DNA of 64,000 nucleotides, from NCBI GenBank assembly GCA_015061905.1, contig SUVQ01000008.1, positions 25,867 to 89,866 on the forward strand, read 5' to 3'. This stretch comes from Verrucomicrobiota bacterium. Lineage in GTDB: Bacteria > Verrucomicrobiota > Verrucomicrobiia > Opitutales > UBA953. The position numbers and the translations under genes were made by a program. A model generated the notes under the pieces. The model was not told the DNA's origin. It did not search any database and was given only the letters and a program-made list of their open reading frames with translations. Shown here piece by piece: positions 39,301 to 50,179 of this stretch; the first letter of the stretch is position 1; each line of letters begins with the position of its first letter.

Positions 39301-39440
39301 CCAAGAAGCCGGTAGCGAAGAAAGCGGCGCCTGCGAAAAAAGCTCCGGCTAAAAAAGCAGTGGCTGTAAAGAAAGCTCCCGCTAAGGCGGCTCCGGCGAA
39401 AAAGGCTTGCTGCAAAAAATCCTGCGCAAAGAAAAAATAA
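36330..39440 (+). CDS. ppdK: Pyruvate phosphate dikinase with in-frame C-terminal Lys/Ala/Pro-rich histone H1-like extension
   Basis: [53 protein letters not shown]; then ~116 aa of PAKKA repeats from an in-frame ATG at 39090. Confidence 0.93.
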   Translation: MAKKAPAEKSTKFVYEFGKKTDGNAQMRNLLGGKGANLAEMARIGLPVPPGFTISTEVCTYYYENKKTYPKTLMADVRDAVANIEKQLGKKFGDATGFPLLVAVRSGARESMPGMMDTILNLGLNDETVEALARVTNNERFAWDCYRRFVQMYGDVVLGVQKLPNEDHEPFESVIEAVKTEMLENPNASDTELGVVELRELVFRFKKLIKDRTGSDFPTDPWKQLEGAIGAVFGSWMNERAIIYRQKYHIPSSWGTAVNVQSMVFGNTGDKSGSGVAFTRDPASGEKVFYGEFLMNAQGEDVVAGVRTPDPVAHLASVMPSAHKQLLGICKTLENHFRDMQDFEFTIEDSKVFMLQTRNGKRTGVAAIRIACEMVREKLIDWKTAVRRVPADQLDQVLAPVFDRKALKGATSIAHGLPAGPGAASGKVYFNAERAEAAAANGEKVLLVRLETSPEDLRGMIAAEGILTARGGVSSHAALVARQMGKVCVSGASAIDIDYANRALSVGDVSVKEGEWMSIDGTTGDVYLGQIATAPSDVILGVVRGNEEAKKSATYKNFAQLMAWCKKVTRLGVRTNADAPSQTAVAVAFGAQGIGLTRTEHMFFEGDRIDSVREMILATDLEGRRTAVNKLLPYQRGDFEGIFRELKGLPATIRLLDPPLHEFLPQTKEQQLDLAKKLGVPVEHIQRRVAELHEFNPMLGHRGCRLGISYPEITEMQARAIFEAAANCIKEKIRVAPEVMIPLVGFAAEFKNQAAVVRRVAAEVMAEKKVKISYKVGTMIEIPRACATADKIAEDAEFFSFGTNDLTQTSLGMSRDDSGSFLGDYTRLEIVKRNPFASIDQEGVGAMMKLGVSLGRQSRPDIKLGICGEHGGDPESVKFCHRIGLTYVSCSPYRVPTARLAAAQAAIEEEISLTQPQTNTMATAKTTKKPAAKAAPAKKAPAKKAAPAKKPAAKKAAPAKKPAPAKKPVAKKAPAKAAPAKKAPAKKAAPAKKPVAKKAAPAKKAPAKKAVAVKKAPAKAAPAKKACCKKSCAKKK

Positions 39441-39455
39441 CTCTTCGCGCTGAAT

Positions 39456-39493
39456 AAAAAACGGCTTCGGGAACGTTCCCGGAGCCGTTTTTT
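39456..39493. terminator. Bidirectional terminator centred on the palindrome CGGGAACGTTCCCG
   Basis: aaaaaacggcttcgggaac|gttcccggagccgtttttt. Confidence 0.85.
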
Positions 39494-39525
39494 ATTTGAG
39501 AGATAAGAGGCGTTCCCGACCACCG

Positions 39526-39581
39526 GCTCCCAGCTCCCAGCTCCCAGTTACCAGTTCCCAGTTCCCAGTTCCCAGTTCCCG
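39526..39581. repeat. 7-bp tandem repeat (GYTCCCA x8)
   Basis: gctccca x3, gttacca, gttccca x3, gttcccg. Confidence 0.95.
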
Positions 39582-39604
39582 GAACCTCTATTGCAGGGCT
39601 TGCT

Positions 39605-41041
39605 TCAGGCTTTTTTCTTATCCCAAGGAAGTTTTACGTTTACGGGAACGCAATCCCAAACATTGAAGGGGAAAAACATTTTTCCGCGACCGAGAATATT
39701 GTTCGGGTCGAGGGCTTTTTTTACGGCAAGCATCGCGGAAATCTCGCCGGGAGAATGCTGGATTTCGAGAAACGGAGATTTTGCCAAGCCGATTCCGTGT
39801 TCGCCCGTGATGACGCCGTCGAGTGAGACGACGGTTTCCATCACGCGCCTTATTGCCGTTTGCGCGGCTTCGCGTTCCCGTGTCTCGTTGCGGTTAAACA
39901 TCACGTGAACATGCAAATTTCCGTCGGCGGCGTGACCGAAAACCGGAGTCGCCAAGCCGGTTTCTTCGGTGATTCTTCGCAATGTTTTCAAAAGCGGCAC
40001 AAAATTTTTGGCGGGAACGGCGATGTCTTCGTTTAATTTTGAATCCGCAATCAGGAACATGGATTGTGAGCAAATGCGCCGCACTTCCCACAGCGATTCC
40101 GCTTCTTCCGCCTCAGCCGTTTCCCGGAAATCCGTTGCGCGGGAACGCGCCCAGTTGCGCACGCGCTCCGCCTGCGCGGGAACGCTGAGGGCGTCGCCGT
40201 CGACTTCGACCAGCAAGACCGCCGATTTTTTTTCGAAAAAACATTTTCCGCTGTAGCGTTGTGCGCACGAAACGGAAAGTGTATCCAAAAATTCACATAC
40301 AGAGGGAACGATGCGAGCCTTTATCAGCTCCTGCGCCGCGAGCAGGGCCGCTTCGTCGTCGGAAAACGCACACAAAAACGTGTGTTTCGCTTCGGGCTTC
40401 GGAACGAGGCGGAGCGTCGCTTGAGTGATCACGCCGAGCATACCTTCCGAGCCGACCCACAAATCGCGCAGGTTGTAACCGCTCACATACTTTTTTACGG
40501 GAGCTCCCCAGCGCACTTTTTCCCCGGTCGGCAAAAATCCTTCGAGTGCGAGCACATAATCGCGCGTAACGCCGTATTTTGCCGCGTGCAAGCCTCCTGC
40601 GTTCGTCGCGATATTGCCTCCGATTGTGCAGTGTTTCACGCTCGCGGGATCCGGCGGATAAAAAAGCCCGCATTTAGCCGCTTCGTCGTTAATTTTTTGA
40701 GTAATCACGCCCGGCTGGGCGATGGCGATTCCGGCATCGGCGTCGATTTTAAGCTCCGTCCAATGAGCGAGTGAAATCACCCAGCCGCCGCAAACGGGCG
40801 CCGCCGCCCCGGTCGTTCCCGTTCCCGCGCCGCGCACCGTCACGGGAACGTCGTTTTTGTTGGCGAGGCGAAGGGCGGATGCGAGGTCCGATTCATCTTT
40901 CGGGAAAATCACGGCTTCCGGCAAAAAGGAAAGCTTCGTGTTGTCGAACGAGGCGGCGAAGCAGGCTTCGGTGTCCGTGCGCACTGCGTTGTCTCCAAGT
41001 TCTTTTTTTAATATAGCCGTTGCCTCCGTGAATTTCCGCAT
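39605..41041 (-). CDS. FAD-linked oxidase (GlcD/D-lactate dehydrogenase family)
   Basis: RGAGTGTTG, YPPDPAS, GGNIATNAGG, GSEGMLG, GHAADGNLH, TGEHGIG; start MRKF at 41041. Confidence 0.93.
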   Translation of the reverse strand: MRKFTEATAILKKELGDNAVRTDTEACFAASFDNTKLSFLPEAVIFPKDESDLASALRLANKNDVPVTVRGAGTGTTGAAAPVCGGWVISLAHWTELKIDADAGIAIAQPGVITQKINDEAAKCGLFYPPDPASVKHCTIGGNIATNAGGLHAAKYGVTRDYVLALEGFLPTGEKVRWGAPVKKYVSGYNLRDLWVGSEGMLGVITQATLRLVPKPEAKHTFLCAFSDDEAALLAAQELIKARIVPSVCEFLDTLSVSCAQRYSGKCFFEKKSAVLLVEVDGDALSVPAQAERVRNWARSRATDFRETAEAEEAESLWEVRRICSQSMFLIADSKLNEDIAVPAKNFVPLLKTLRRITEETGLATPVFGHAADGNLHVHVMFNRNETREREAAQTAIRRVMETVVSLDGVITGEHGIGLAKSPFLEIQHSPGEISAMLAVKKALDPNNILGRGKMFFPFNVWDCVPVNVKLPWDKKKA

Positions 41042-41151
41042 AGCCGAAAAAATGCGATTCGTTGCGGAAAACGTCAATCGTATGTTGCGGCAGATTCCCG
41101 GGTTTTTCTCATTGCGGGATGATGCGGGAACGCTCATCTTGTGCGTCGCGT

Positions 41152-42057
41152 ATGGAATCCGAAAAAATCAGTGCCCGGCAAGCCGATATGCGTTTGGCGA
41201 AGAGCGAGGGGCACGTTGCCATTTGGGGCAACGTTGTTCTTGCCGCGTTCAAGTTTGCCGTCGGTTTTTTCACGGGATCGCTCGCCGTGATTGCCGACGC
41301 TTGGCACACGCTTTCCGACAGCCTTTCGTCCGTCATTATGATTATCGGGTTGAAGATTTCGGAGAAACCGGCGGATGCGGAACATCCGTTCGGCCACGGC
41401 AGGGCGGAGCTCATTACTTCCGTTGTCATCGGGATGATGCTCGCCGGGGTCGGCGTTGAGTTTACACGTAGCGGAATCGAAAAAATCATCGATCACAAAA
41501 CCGCCGCGTTCGGTTGGCTCGGCTACTCGGCAATGATACTAACCATCGTCGTCAAGGAAGCCATGGCGCAATACGCGTTTTATACGTCAAGAAAAACCGG
41601 AATGATTTCCCTGCGGGCGGACGGCTATCATCACCGAAGCGACGCGCTCAGCTCCGTCGTTATTCTCGCCGGAATGATTTTGACGGACGTTTTCGGGGCG
41701 GACGCTTTTTGGTGGATGGACGGCGCGCTCGGTGCTCTCGTCGGGCTTATGCTACTACACATTGCATGGACCGTGCTTCGCGATGCGGGAAACAAGTTGC
41801 TCGGCGAAGCCGCTCCTGCGGAAATGAAAGCGCAAATTCGCGAAATCGCCCGCCGGGTTAGCGGGAACGATGATTTGCGCCTGCACCACATTCACCTGCA
41901 CGCCTACGGTGCGCACAGGGAAGTTACATTTCACATTCGCCTTGCGCCGGAAACCACTTTGCTTGAGGCGCATCGCTGCGGCACGCGCATTGAAAAAGCC
42001 ATTCTCGAAGAACTCGGCATCGATGCGACAATTCACATTGAGCCGAAAAAGGCTTGA
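41152..42057 (+). CDS. Cation diffusion facilitator family transporter
   Basis: ADAWHTLSD, HPFGHGRAE, ADGYHHRSD; C-terminal IHIEP. Confidence 0.93.
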   Translation: MESEKISARQADMRLAKSEGHVAIWGNVVLAAFKFAVGFFTGSLAVIADAWHTLSDSLSSVIMIIGLKISEKPADAEHPFGHGRAELITSVVIGMMLAGVGVEFTRSGIEKIIDHKTAAFGWLGYSAMILTIVVKEAMAQYAFYTSRKTGMISLRADGYHHRSDALSSVVILAGMILTDVFGADAFWWMDGALGALVGLMLLHIAWTVLRDAGNKLLGEAAPAEMKAQIREIARRVSGNDDLRLHHIHLHAYGAHREVTFHIRLAPETTLLEAHRCGTRIEKAILEELGIDATIHIEPKKA

Positions 42058-42112
42058 AAACTTCCTTGCGCGCGTAGCTTTTCCCGAAAAGCGGGGCGCG
42101 TTCGCGAAAGCA

Positions 42113-42883
42113 CTATTTAACGCAGGAAAATCCGGCGGCGGAAAAAATCGCCTTTGCGTGAGCAACCGCTTCGGATGTCGGCTCCGGCGTTCCCGCCAAA
42201 GGATCTTTTAAGCCGAGTTCCTTCCACTTGTAGGCACCGATTTTATGGAACGGCAGAACATCCACACGCTCGATATTTCCGAGCGCGGACGCAAATTCGG
42301 CAACGCGCTTCACGTTTTCCTCGCTGTCTGTCAGCGCGGGAACGAGCACATAGCGCAACCAAACTTTTTTGTTTAGTTTTGCGAGCCGCTGCGAAAATTC
42401 CAAGGTCGGATCAAGGTCTCCGCCCGTCGTTGCGCGATATGTCGCGGGAACGCCGGCTTTAATGTCGAGCAAAACCAAATCAACGAGAGACAAATACGCA
42501 TCGTCCGCGTCCGCGCCCAGCGCGCCGGACGTATCGAGTGCCGTGTGTAAGCCGAGTTTTTTGCAACCGTCCAAAATCGCCCTTGAAAATTCGATTTGAA
42601 AAAGCGGATCTCCGCCCGAAAGGGTTACGCCGCCGCCGCTTCCTTTTAAAAATCCGGCGTAGCGCTCAATGTCGGCAAGCACTTCCTCCGCCGTCATCTC
42701 CTTGCCGCGCCGCACAAACGACGTGTCCGGATTATGACAATATTTGCATCGCAAACTGCACCCGGAGAGAAAAACGATGTAGCGGATTCCGGGTCCGTCC
42801 ACCGTTCCGCAGGTTTCCACGGAATGAACGAGCCCCTTGGCGGGAACGCCGATTTCAAGCGAATTTAACGACATAAAATCCAT
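42113..42883 (-). CDS. pflA: Pyruvate formate-lyase activating enzyme
   Basis: CGTVDGPGIR, GCSLRCKYCHNPDT, SGGDPL, LPFHKIG. Confidence 0.93.
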   Translation of the reverse strand: MDFMSLNSLEIGVPAKGLVHSVETCGTVDGPGIRYIVFLSGCSLRCKYCHNPDTSFVRRGKEMTAEEVLADIERYAGFLKGSGGGVTLSGGDPLFQIEFSRAILDGCKKLGLHTALDTSGALGADADDAYLSLVDLVLLDIKAGVPATYRATTGGDLDPTLEFSQRLAKLNKKVWLRYVLVPALTDSEENVKRVAEFASALGNIERVDVLPFHKIGAYKWKELGLKDPLAGTPEPTSEAVAHAKAIFSAAGFSCVK

Positions 42884-42984
42884 TACACGCAGAAAAAAAA
42901 ATATTGCGAATAAAAAAAAAAAAAAAACGCTTGCGCTCGACGCAATAAAAATTTTTATTGGACTCTCTTTAAATTAATTCGGAA

Positions 42985-43416
42985 ATGAAAACAACTTTAG
43001 CGAAGACATCCAACGCCGCCGATAAGACTTGGTTCGTAGTGGACGCAACCGACCAGCCGGTCGGTCGCCTTGCCGTCAAAATCGCAACGATCCTGCGCGG
43101 ACGTCATAAGCCGACTTACACGCCCCACGTTGACACGGGCGATTTCGTCGTCGTCATCAACGCCGACAAAGCGAAATTCACGGGCAACAAAGAAACCGAC
43201 AAGACCTATATGTTCTACACGGGCTGGGTCGGAACCGCTTATCGCCGCACGGCTGAATTTATGCGCGGACACAAACCGGCGTTCATTATTGAACACGCGG
43301 TAAAAGGTATGCTCCCGAAAAACCGCCTCGCTAATGCGATGATGAAGAAACTCAAAGTTTATGCCGGAGCCGAGCACCCGCACGCCGCGCAAAATCCGGT
43401 TGAGTATAAAATCTAA
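42985..43416 (+). CDS. rplM: 50S ribosomal protein L13
   Basis: WFVVDA, GRLA, HKPTYTPHVDTGD, KGMLPKN. Confidence 0.99.
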   Translation: MKTTLAKTSNAADKTWFVVDATDQPVGRLAVKIATILRGRHKPTYTPHVDTGDFVVVINADKAKFTGNKETDKTYMFYTGWVGTAYRRTAEFMRGHKPAFIIEHAVKGMLPKNRLANAMMKKLKVYAGAEHPHAAQNPVEYKI

Positions 43417-43434
43417 TCTCAGTTTTTTCAGAAT

Positions 43435-43833
43435 ATGAATAAAGACGTTCCTGTTTTTGTCGCCGTCGGGCGCCGTAAAACTTCCACCGCACGCGTTCGC
43501 GTTGCCAGCGGCTCCGGCAAGATTCTGGTTAACGACAAGCCGGTTGAAGAATACTGCTTCACGGAAGCACTCGCCAAAACGGCGACGCTTCCGGTTTCGG
43601 TTGCCGGGCTCGAAGGCTCTCTCGATATTGAAGTTCGCGTGAACGGCGGCGGTTGCAACAGCCAAGCGGGTGCTATCTCCCACGGCGTTGCTCGCGCGAT
43701 TGAAAAATACAATCCGGAGCTTCGCACGGTTTTGAAAAAAGCCGGGTTGCTCACACGCGACGGTCGTTCCAAAGAACGTAAGAAAAGCGGTCAGCCGGGC
43801 GCGCGCAAGCGCTTCCAGTTCTCGAAACGTTAA
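43435..43833 (+). CDS. rpsI: 30S ribosomal protein S9
   Basis: GRRKTS, GGGxxxQAGAI, ERKKSGQPGARKRFQFSKR. Confidence 0.99.
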   Translation: MNKDVPVFVAVGRRKTSTARVRVASGSGKILVNDKPVEEYCFTEALAKTATLPVSVAGLEGSLDIEVRVNGGGCNSQAGAISHGVARAIEKYNPELRTVLKKAGLLTRDGRSKERKKSGQPGARKRFQFSKR

Positions 43834-43853
43834 TCGCGTTTCGCGCTTTTATC

Positions 43854-43892
43854 AAAAAAACCGCGTTCCCGCACGGAGCGCGGTTTTTTTTT
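43854..43892 (+). terminator. Terminator after rpsI containing one CGTTCCCG
   Basis: aaaaaaaccgcgttcc-cgcac-ggagcgcggttttttt. Confidence 0.8.
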
Positions 43893-43943
43893 GTGTATTA
43901 ATTTTGTTTCGCCGGGTTCCGTTTCTCTTTAGTCTCTTTATTT

Positions 43944-44729
43944 ATGTTTTCCGAGGATTTTTGTTCCCGCTTTGCCGGCGTTGCCCGGCTTTACGGAGAG
44001 GAAGCTTTTGAAAAAATTGTGCGTTCCCGCGTGTGTCTTGTCGGGCTCGGCGGAGTGGGTTCGTGGACTTGTGAAGCACTCGCCCGTAGCGGTGTTTGTG
44101 ATTTGACGCTTGTCGATATGGACGATGTTTGTGCGACAAATACCAATCGTCAACTTCATGCGCTAAGCGGAAATTACGGGCGCTCCAAGGCAAAAGTTCT
44201 TTCCGAGCGCGTGCGCGCCATCAATCCGGAGTGCGGCGTTTCCGTTCATCAAATATTTGTTACCCGGGAAAGCGCGGCATTATTTTTTGAAGAAAATAAA
44301 GGGCGTTTTGATTTTGTTGTCGACGCAATCGACGGCGCGATGAACAAGGCGGCTCTTATTGCCGCTTGCGTTGCGGCGGGACTTCCGATTATTTCCTCCG
44401 GCGGTTGTGCGGGCAAGCGCGACGGCACGCGCGTCGAATACGGAGATCTTTCGAATGTTGAAGGCGATTCGCTCTTGAAGTTTGTCCGCAAAGAATTGCG
44501 TTCCCGATACGGATTTCCTAAAGGAAATTCCGGAAAAGAAATGGGCGTTCCCGTTGTTTTTTCACGGGAAATTTCGAGCCCGCCGGAAGCACTCGGCGAT
44601 GCGTTCCCGCAAATGATTTCACCCGCAGGCGGAAAGCCTCGTCCGGGAACGGTCGCGTTTACGACGGGCGCATTCGGGCTCGCTCTTGCGCAACTTGCGA
44701 TCGAGCAGATAATCCGGAGTCGAAGTTGA
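43944..44729 (+). CDS. tcdA: tRNA threonylcarbamoyladenosine dehydratase (ThiF family)
   Basis: GLGGVGSW, EALARSG, TNTNRQ, VVDAID, VVFSRE. Confidence 0.88.
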   Translation: MFSEDFCSRFAGVARLYGEEAFEKIVRSRVCLVGLGGVGSWTCEALARSGVCDLTLVDMDDVCATNTNRQLHALSGNYGRSKAKVLSERVRAINPECGVSVHQIFVTRESAALFFEENKGRFDFVVDAIDGAMNKAALIAACVAAGLPIISSGGCAGKRDGTRVEYGDLSNVEGDSLLKFVRKELRSRYGFPKGNSGKEMGVPVVFSREISSPPEALGDAFPQMISPAGGKPRPGTVAFTTGAFGLALAQLAIEQIIRSRS

Positions 44730-44792
44730 AAAAACAAAGCGGGCGACTCCGTAAAACACGAAATCGCCCGATATTGAAAAAAGAATCTTTTT

Positions 44793-45695
44793 CTACGCGT
44801 TTTTCAAATACGCGTCCATTGCCGCGCCGAGAATTTCTCCGTTTGTCGCAGAAATTTCAACGAGTGGCAACCGCACTTCGGGCGACTCGATGATGCCGGC
44901 ACGCGCAAGAGCGAATTTTGCGGGAACGGGATTCGGCTCAATAAAGAATTTTTTGAATAAATCCGCCATCGCGTTGTGAAGTTTTTGCGCTCCCGCTAAA
45001 TCTCCGCTCCGCATTTTCGCAACCATTTCCGTTACTTGCGCCGGAAGCCAGTTTGATGCGACGGAAATCACGCCTTTCGCGCCAAGCGCGATAAACGGAA
45101 GTGTCAGTGAATCATCTCCGCTCGTTACGATAAATTCCGGATCGAGCGCACGGACGAGCTTTGAAACCTTATCGCAGGAGCCGCCCGCTTCCTTAATCCC
45201 GACAATATTCGGGAACGCGTTTCGGAGCCGCACCACGGTTTCGACGGCAATTTCAATGCCGCAACGTCCGGGAATAGAGTAGAGCATAATCGGTTTATCC
45301 GTCGCGGATGCGATTTCGGCGTAGTGGCGATAAACGCCTTCCTGATTCGGCTTGTTGTAATACGGAGCGACGTGCAGAAACGCCTGTGCGCCGAGCTTTT
45401 CGGCCTCTTTGGTGAGCGAAACCGCTTCATGCGTAGAATTTGCACCCGTTCCCGCGATGACGGGAACGCGCCCGGCAGAAAATTCGATTGTTTTCGCAAT
45501 CACTTCGAGGTGCTCGCTATGCGTCAGCGTCGGCGATTCTCCGGAGGTGCCGACGGAAAGGATTCCGTCAATTCCGCCTGCAACTTGGTATTCCACCAGT
45601 TTTTTTAAATCGGAATAATTGACTTCGCCGTTTTTCATCGGCGTAACCAGTGCCGTCCACGCACCCGCATAAATGGAAGAGTCTGCAATGCTCAT
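44793..45695 (-). CDS. dapA: 4-hydroxy-tetrahydrodipicolinate synthase
   Basis: GTSGES, PYYNKP, LYSIPGR, GIKEA, SGDD, PNPVPAK. Confidence 0.97.
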   Translation of the reverse strand: MSIADSSIYAGAWTALVTPMKNGEVNYSDLKKLVEYQVAGGIDGILSVGTSGESPTLTHSEHLEVIAKTIEFSAGRVPVIAGTGANSTHEAVSLTKEAEKLGAQAFLHVAPYYNKPNQEGVYRHYAEIASATDKPIMLYSIPGRCGIEIAVETVVRLRNAFPNIVGIKEAGGSCDKVSKLVRALDPEFIVTSGDDSLTLPFIALGAKGVISVASNWLPAQVTEMVAKMRSGDLAGAQKLHNAMADLFKKFFIEPNPVPAKFALARAGIIESPEVRLPLVEISATNGEILGAAMDAYLKNA

Positions 45696-45814
45696 AATCA
45701 GCTTCCAATCAAACGCTTTTTTGCTCCGAAACGCAAAATAGAAATTCAGGAAATGTTTTTTTTGAAAGCTCCTTGAACAAAAAAACAGGGCATCAGTCGT
45801 TGGCTTCGGCGGCG

Positions 45815-45857
45815 AAAAAAAAACGTTCCCGCGACTCTCGCCACGGGAACGCTTTTG
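45815..45857 (-). terminator. Terminator after gap built from an inverted motif pair
   Basis: A-run-cgttcccg (45824)...cgggaacg (45844). Confidence 0.75.
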
Positions 45858-45876
45858 TATAACGATTAATTACCGC

Positions 45877-47082
<1,206 letters not shown>

Positions 47083-47113
47083 TTATCGCCGATAAATTAA
47101 TCCTACGAAAACG

Positions 47114-48010
47114 ATGAAAAATAAAAATACACTCCTGAGCAGTCTCTTCGCCGCATTCGTTCTCGCGGCAACGCCCGCTTGTGCGGCGACGGAAATTCCG
47201 GTTAACGGACATCCGGAAAGCGTAGCGGAAGACGATGATATCTTCTACATCACCTGTATCGGACAGGAAATGAAGCCGACGGAAAAAGACGGGGACGGTT
47301 TTATCGTTTCTGTCAGCCCGCGCGGGCGTATTATTTCCGCCAACGCGTTCCCGGGCGTCAAGCTTGATGCGCCGAAAGGTATTCTTGTCGAGGACGACAC
47401 GCTTTACGTAGCCGACGTGGATCGCATTGTCGGAATTAATCCCCAAGCCGGCATCGTAACCCAAATTTTTGATCTTTCGAAAGAGGGCACGAAATATCTC
47501 AACGACATCGTTGAAAGCAACGGATTTCTTTATGTTTCCGCCACGGATATTAACAAGATTTTCCGCATCAATTTGCGAAACGGCACCTACGAAGAAATTC
47601 TGACTGCCGAACCGTTGAATGCTCCCAACGGGCTTGATATCGAGGACGGCATTCTCTATGTCGCCGAATATGCAACGGATGCGCAGGGCAATCCTTCGGG
47701 AAAAATAAAAGCAATTCCGGTCAACGGCACCAGCCCGCGCCCGGTTTCCGTTATTTACAACGTTCCCGGGCTTTATGACGGGATTTTGGTCAAAGAAGAA
47801 GAGGATCTTTTCGATAACGAAACCACCTATTTGTATTTCTCTGATTGGGCGGCAAACGGAAAACCGGGTGTCATTAAAAAATTAAACCTGCGCACCCGGG
47901 AAGTGGAAAATGCTACGCGCGTTCCCGCCAACGGACCTGCGGATTTTTTCATCGAAGACGGTGATATTTGGATTCCCGCGATGATTGACCGAAAAGTTTA
48001 CATCGATTAA
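47114..48010 (+). CDS. Secreted beta-propeller protein (SMP-30/gluconolactonase-like)
   Basis: Signal peptide; HPESV, APKGI..LYVAD, LNDI, APNGL, GPADF blade repeats. Confidence 0.7.
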   Translation: MKNKNTLLSSLFAAFVLAATPACAATEIPVNGHPESVAEDDDIFYITCIGQEMKPTEKDGDGFIVSVSPRGRIISANAFPGVKLDAPKGILVEDDTLYVADVDRIVGINPQAGIVTQIFDLSKEGTKYLNDIVESNGFLYVSATDINKIFRINLRNGTYEEILTAEPLNAPNGLDIEDGILYVAEYATDAQGNPSGKIKAIPVNGTSPRPVSVIYNVPGLYDGILVKEEEDLFDNETTYLYFSDWAANGKPGVIKKLNLRTREVENATRVPANGPADFFIEDGDIWIPAMIDRKVYID

Positions 48011-48030
48011 AACGCGTTTTTAGAAAAACA

Positions 48031-48066
48031 AAAAAGCGTTCCGGGATTTCGGAACGCTTTTTTTTT
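48031..48066. terminator. Bidirectional terminator with degenerate motif arms
   Basis: aaaaagcgttccg-ggattt-cggaacgctttttt. Confidence 0.8.
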
Positions 48067-48084
48067 GCTTTGGGTGAAACTCAA

Positions 48085-48336
48085 TTATGCTTCAACCGGA
48101 GCAATCGAGACTTTGCGATGTGCTTTGTCCCAGACAACCGTGCCGTCCTTGAGTGCGAACAGCGTGTAGTCGCGACCCATTCCGACGTTTTGACCCGGAT
48201 GCATTTTTGTGCCGCATTGACGGATCAGGATGCTACCGGCGCGAGCAAACTGCCCGCCGTAAAGTTTAACACCGCGGCGCTGTGCATTCGAGTCGCGCCC
48301 GTTGGAAGAAGTTCCTCCGCCCTTATGATGTGCCAT
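48085..48336 (-). CDS. rpmA: 50S ribosomal protein L27
   Basis: [24 protein letters not shown]. Confidence 0.99.
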   Translation of the reverse strand: MAHHKGGGTSSNGRDSNAQRRGVKLYGGQFARAGSILIRQCGTKMHPGQNVGMGRDYTLFALKDGTVVWDKAHRKVSIAPVEA

Positions 48337-48366
48337 TTTTTATCCTTCTGTTAAATTTTAAATCGC

Positions 48367-48681
48367 TTACGCGTTGATGGATTCGATCTTGATAACCGAG
48401 AGTTCCTGGCGATGACCGCGCGTGCGGCGATAGCCTTTGCGGCGCTTCATTTTGAAGATGATAATCTTGTTCCCGCGCTTGTTTTCAAGAATTTTAGCCG
48501 TAACGCTTGCGCCCGGAATCGTCGGCGTGCCGACCTTGGCGTTTTCGCCTTCGCCTGCGAAGATGACCTGATCAATCGTGACGGTGTCTCCCGCTTGTGT
48601 TTCGGGATAGCGGTTGACGGAAAGAATATCGCCTTCCTTAACGGTGAATTGGCGTCCTTGCGTGATGATTGTCGCTTTCAT
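48367..48681 (-). CDS. rplU: 50S ribosomal protein L21
   Basis: [24 protein letters not shown]. Confidence 0.98.
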   Translation of the reverse strand: MKATIITQGRQFTVKEGDILSVNRYPETQAGDTVTIDQVIFAGEGENAKVGTPTIPGASVTAKILENKRGNKIIIFKMKRRKGYRRTRGHRQELSVIKIESINA

Positions 48682-48808
48682 TGTTGCTGAAAAATGTGAA
48701 TAGCAAAAAAACAGTTTTCGTTGCCGCTTGGCAAGCGTTTTTTTGAAAAATGAGAAAAACGCTTTGATTTATCGGCAGAGGTGATCGGGCGATTCCCGGA
48801 AACTCTGT

Positions 48809-49648
48809 TTACGGAGATTCCTTCAATTCGTAGACGACGGGAACGACGAAGGCGGCGGGAAGCGCGGAGCGCAGCTCGGCGGGAACGCAAAAATCGGCGG
48901 CGACGCGACGAAGCGTTTCCTCCGCTCCGGAAACAAGCGATCGGTGCGCTCCGGATTTTTCAGTCTCGATACTTTTGATTTTCCCGCAAATACCGATTGA
49001 AACGCGAAGAAAAACCGTTCCCGAGCGTCCGTTGCGTCGTGCCGCCTTCGGATAGAATTTTTTGCGGGAGACGGCTTCGGCAAGTGCGCCGTAAATGGTT
49101 TGCTCGGCGGCGGCACGTGCGGCTTCGTCAACTGCGGGAACGCTTTCGGGCGGCGGCTGACAAGCCTGCTTTGTTTGCGGTTGCGGCGCCGGCGGCGGGA
49201 TTTTTTCCTCCGGGCTTTCCGTCTCTTCCGGCATTTCTTCTGCCGTTTTTTCCTGTTGGATTTCCGCTTTCGGCACTTCTTCCGCAACAGTTTCGCGCAA
49301 GGCGGATTCGTCAATTTTTTCAAATCCAGCTTCCGGCGGCTCCGGTTTTTGCGAAACTTCCGGTTCGGGCTTCGCAGGTGAAGATTCCGCTTCGACGGGA
49401 GGCTCTTCCGGCGCGGTTTCGATTTCTTCGGCAACAGGCGTGGGAACGTAATTTTGAAAACGCACGGCGATGCGCGCGGGAACGTATTGCGCCGTTTCTG
49501 CGGCTTCATTTTCCGCTTCCGCGCTTTTTTCGGCAACCAAAGCGAGCGTTCCCGCAAACAAAAGCGTGCAGACGGCAACGGAGCCCAGAGAACTCAGGCG
49601 CTCCGCGTCTTCAGTCGTTTTTTTCAACCATGAAAAGCAGATTTTCAT
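48809..49648 (-). CDS. tonB: TonB family energy transducer
   Basis: N-terminal TM, Pro/Glu-rich linker, C-terminal YPKAARRNGRSGTVFL. Confidence 0.85.
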   Translation of the reverse strand: MKICFSWLKKTTEDAERLSSLGSVAVCTLLFAGTLALVAEKSAEAENEAAETAQYVPARIAVRFQNYVPTPVAEEIETAPEEPPVEAESSPAKPEPEVSQKPEPPEAGFEKIDESALRETVAEEVPKAEIQQEKTAEEMPEETESPEEKIPPPAPQPQTKQACQPPPESVPAVDEAARAAAEQTIYGALAEAVSRKKFYPKAARRNGRSGTVFLRVSIGICGKIKSIETEKSGAHRSLVSGAEETLRRVAADFCVPAELRSALPAAFVVPVVYELKESP

Positions 49649-50021
49649 TTCCCTGTTTTTTAGCTTCGTCCATCAGGTTCATCACGGAGCCGAACGGCGC
49701 GGTTTTATCGGAAAAAACTTCAAAAATTTTTCCGGCGTTTTCCCGAAGGGCAGTTTCCAAGTCGACGGGCGGCGTTTCGACTCCGTCGAAAAAAATCGTT
49801 CCCGCGGCATCAATCGTAATCGTGCAAACGGGTGTTTTTTCTTTTTCGTCAACGTGCTTGGCACTTTCGGCGTCGGGCAAAAGCACGTCAAATGCGGGCT
49901 TGGCGAAAGTCGTTGCGACGATGAAAAAAATTAAAAGCATGAAAATGACGTCGATGAGCGGCGTCAGCTCGATGCTGATTTCGTCGTCGATTTCAAAATC
50001 GTTTATTTCGTGGCAATGCAT
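49611..50021 (-). CDS. exbD: Biopolymer transport protein ExbD
   Basis: LTPLIDVIFMLLIFFIV; start MHCHE at 50021. Confidence 0.92.
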   Translation of the reverse strand: MHCHEINDFEIDDEISIELTPLIDVIFMLLIFFIVATTFAKPAFDVLLPDAESAKHVDEKEKTPVCTITIDAAGTIFFDGVETPPVDLETALRENAGKIFEVFSDKTAPFGSVMNLMDEAKKQGNENLLFMVEKND

Positions 50022-50031
50022 CTTTTTATAA

Positions 50032-50179
50032 GTGATAGGGGATGGTTGATAACGGATAGGTAAAAACTGATAACTGATAGCTGATAAGTAATACCGAAAG
50101 CTCATCAAAATGATTACGACTTTTCACCTGCCGGTTATCAGCTTTCCCCTATCCGTTATCAGTTTTTACTTATCAGTTG
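50032..50179. repeat. 7-bp-periodic inverted element (TGATAAC-type) at exbB/exbD junction
   Basis: tgataacggatagg (50047) pairs with cctatccgttatca (50148); supplies the exbB stop. Confidence 0.85.

Noticed and set aside
42113-42883. pflA without adjacent pflB
   Set aside because: Unlinked pflA and pflB are common; the partner may be elsewhere in the genome.
42912-42927. A16 tract upstream of rplM
   Set aside because: It lies upstream of a likely -35 (UP-element-like) rather than in the spacer. Phase variation of ribosomal genes is implausible.
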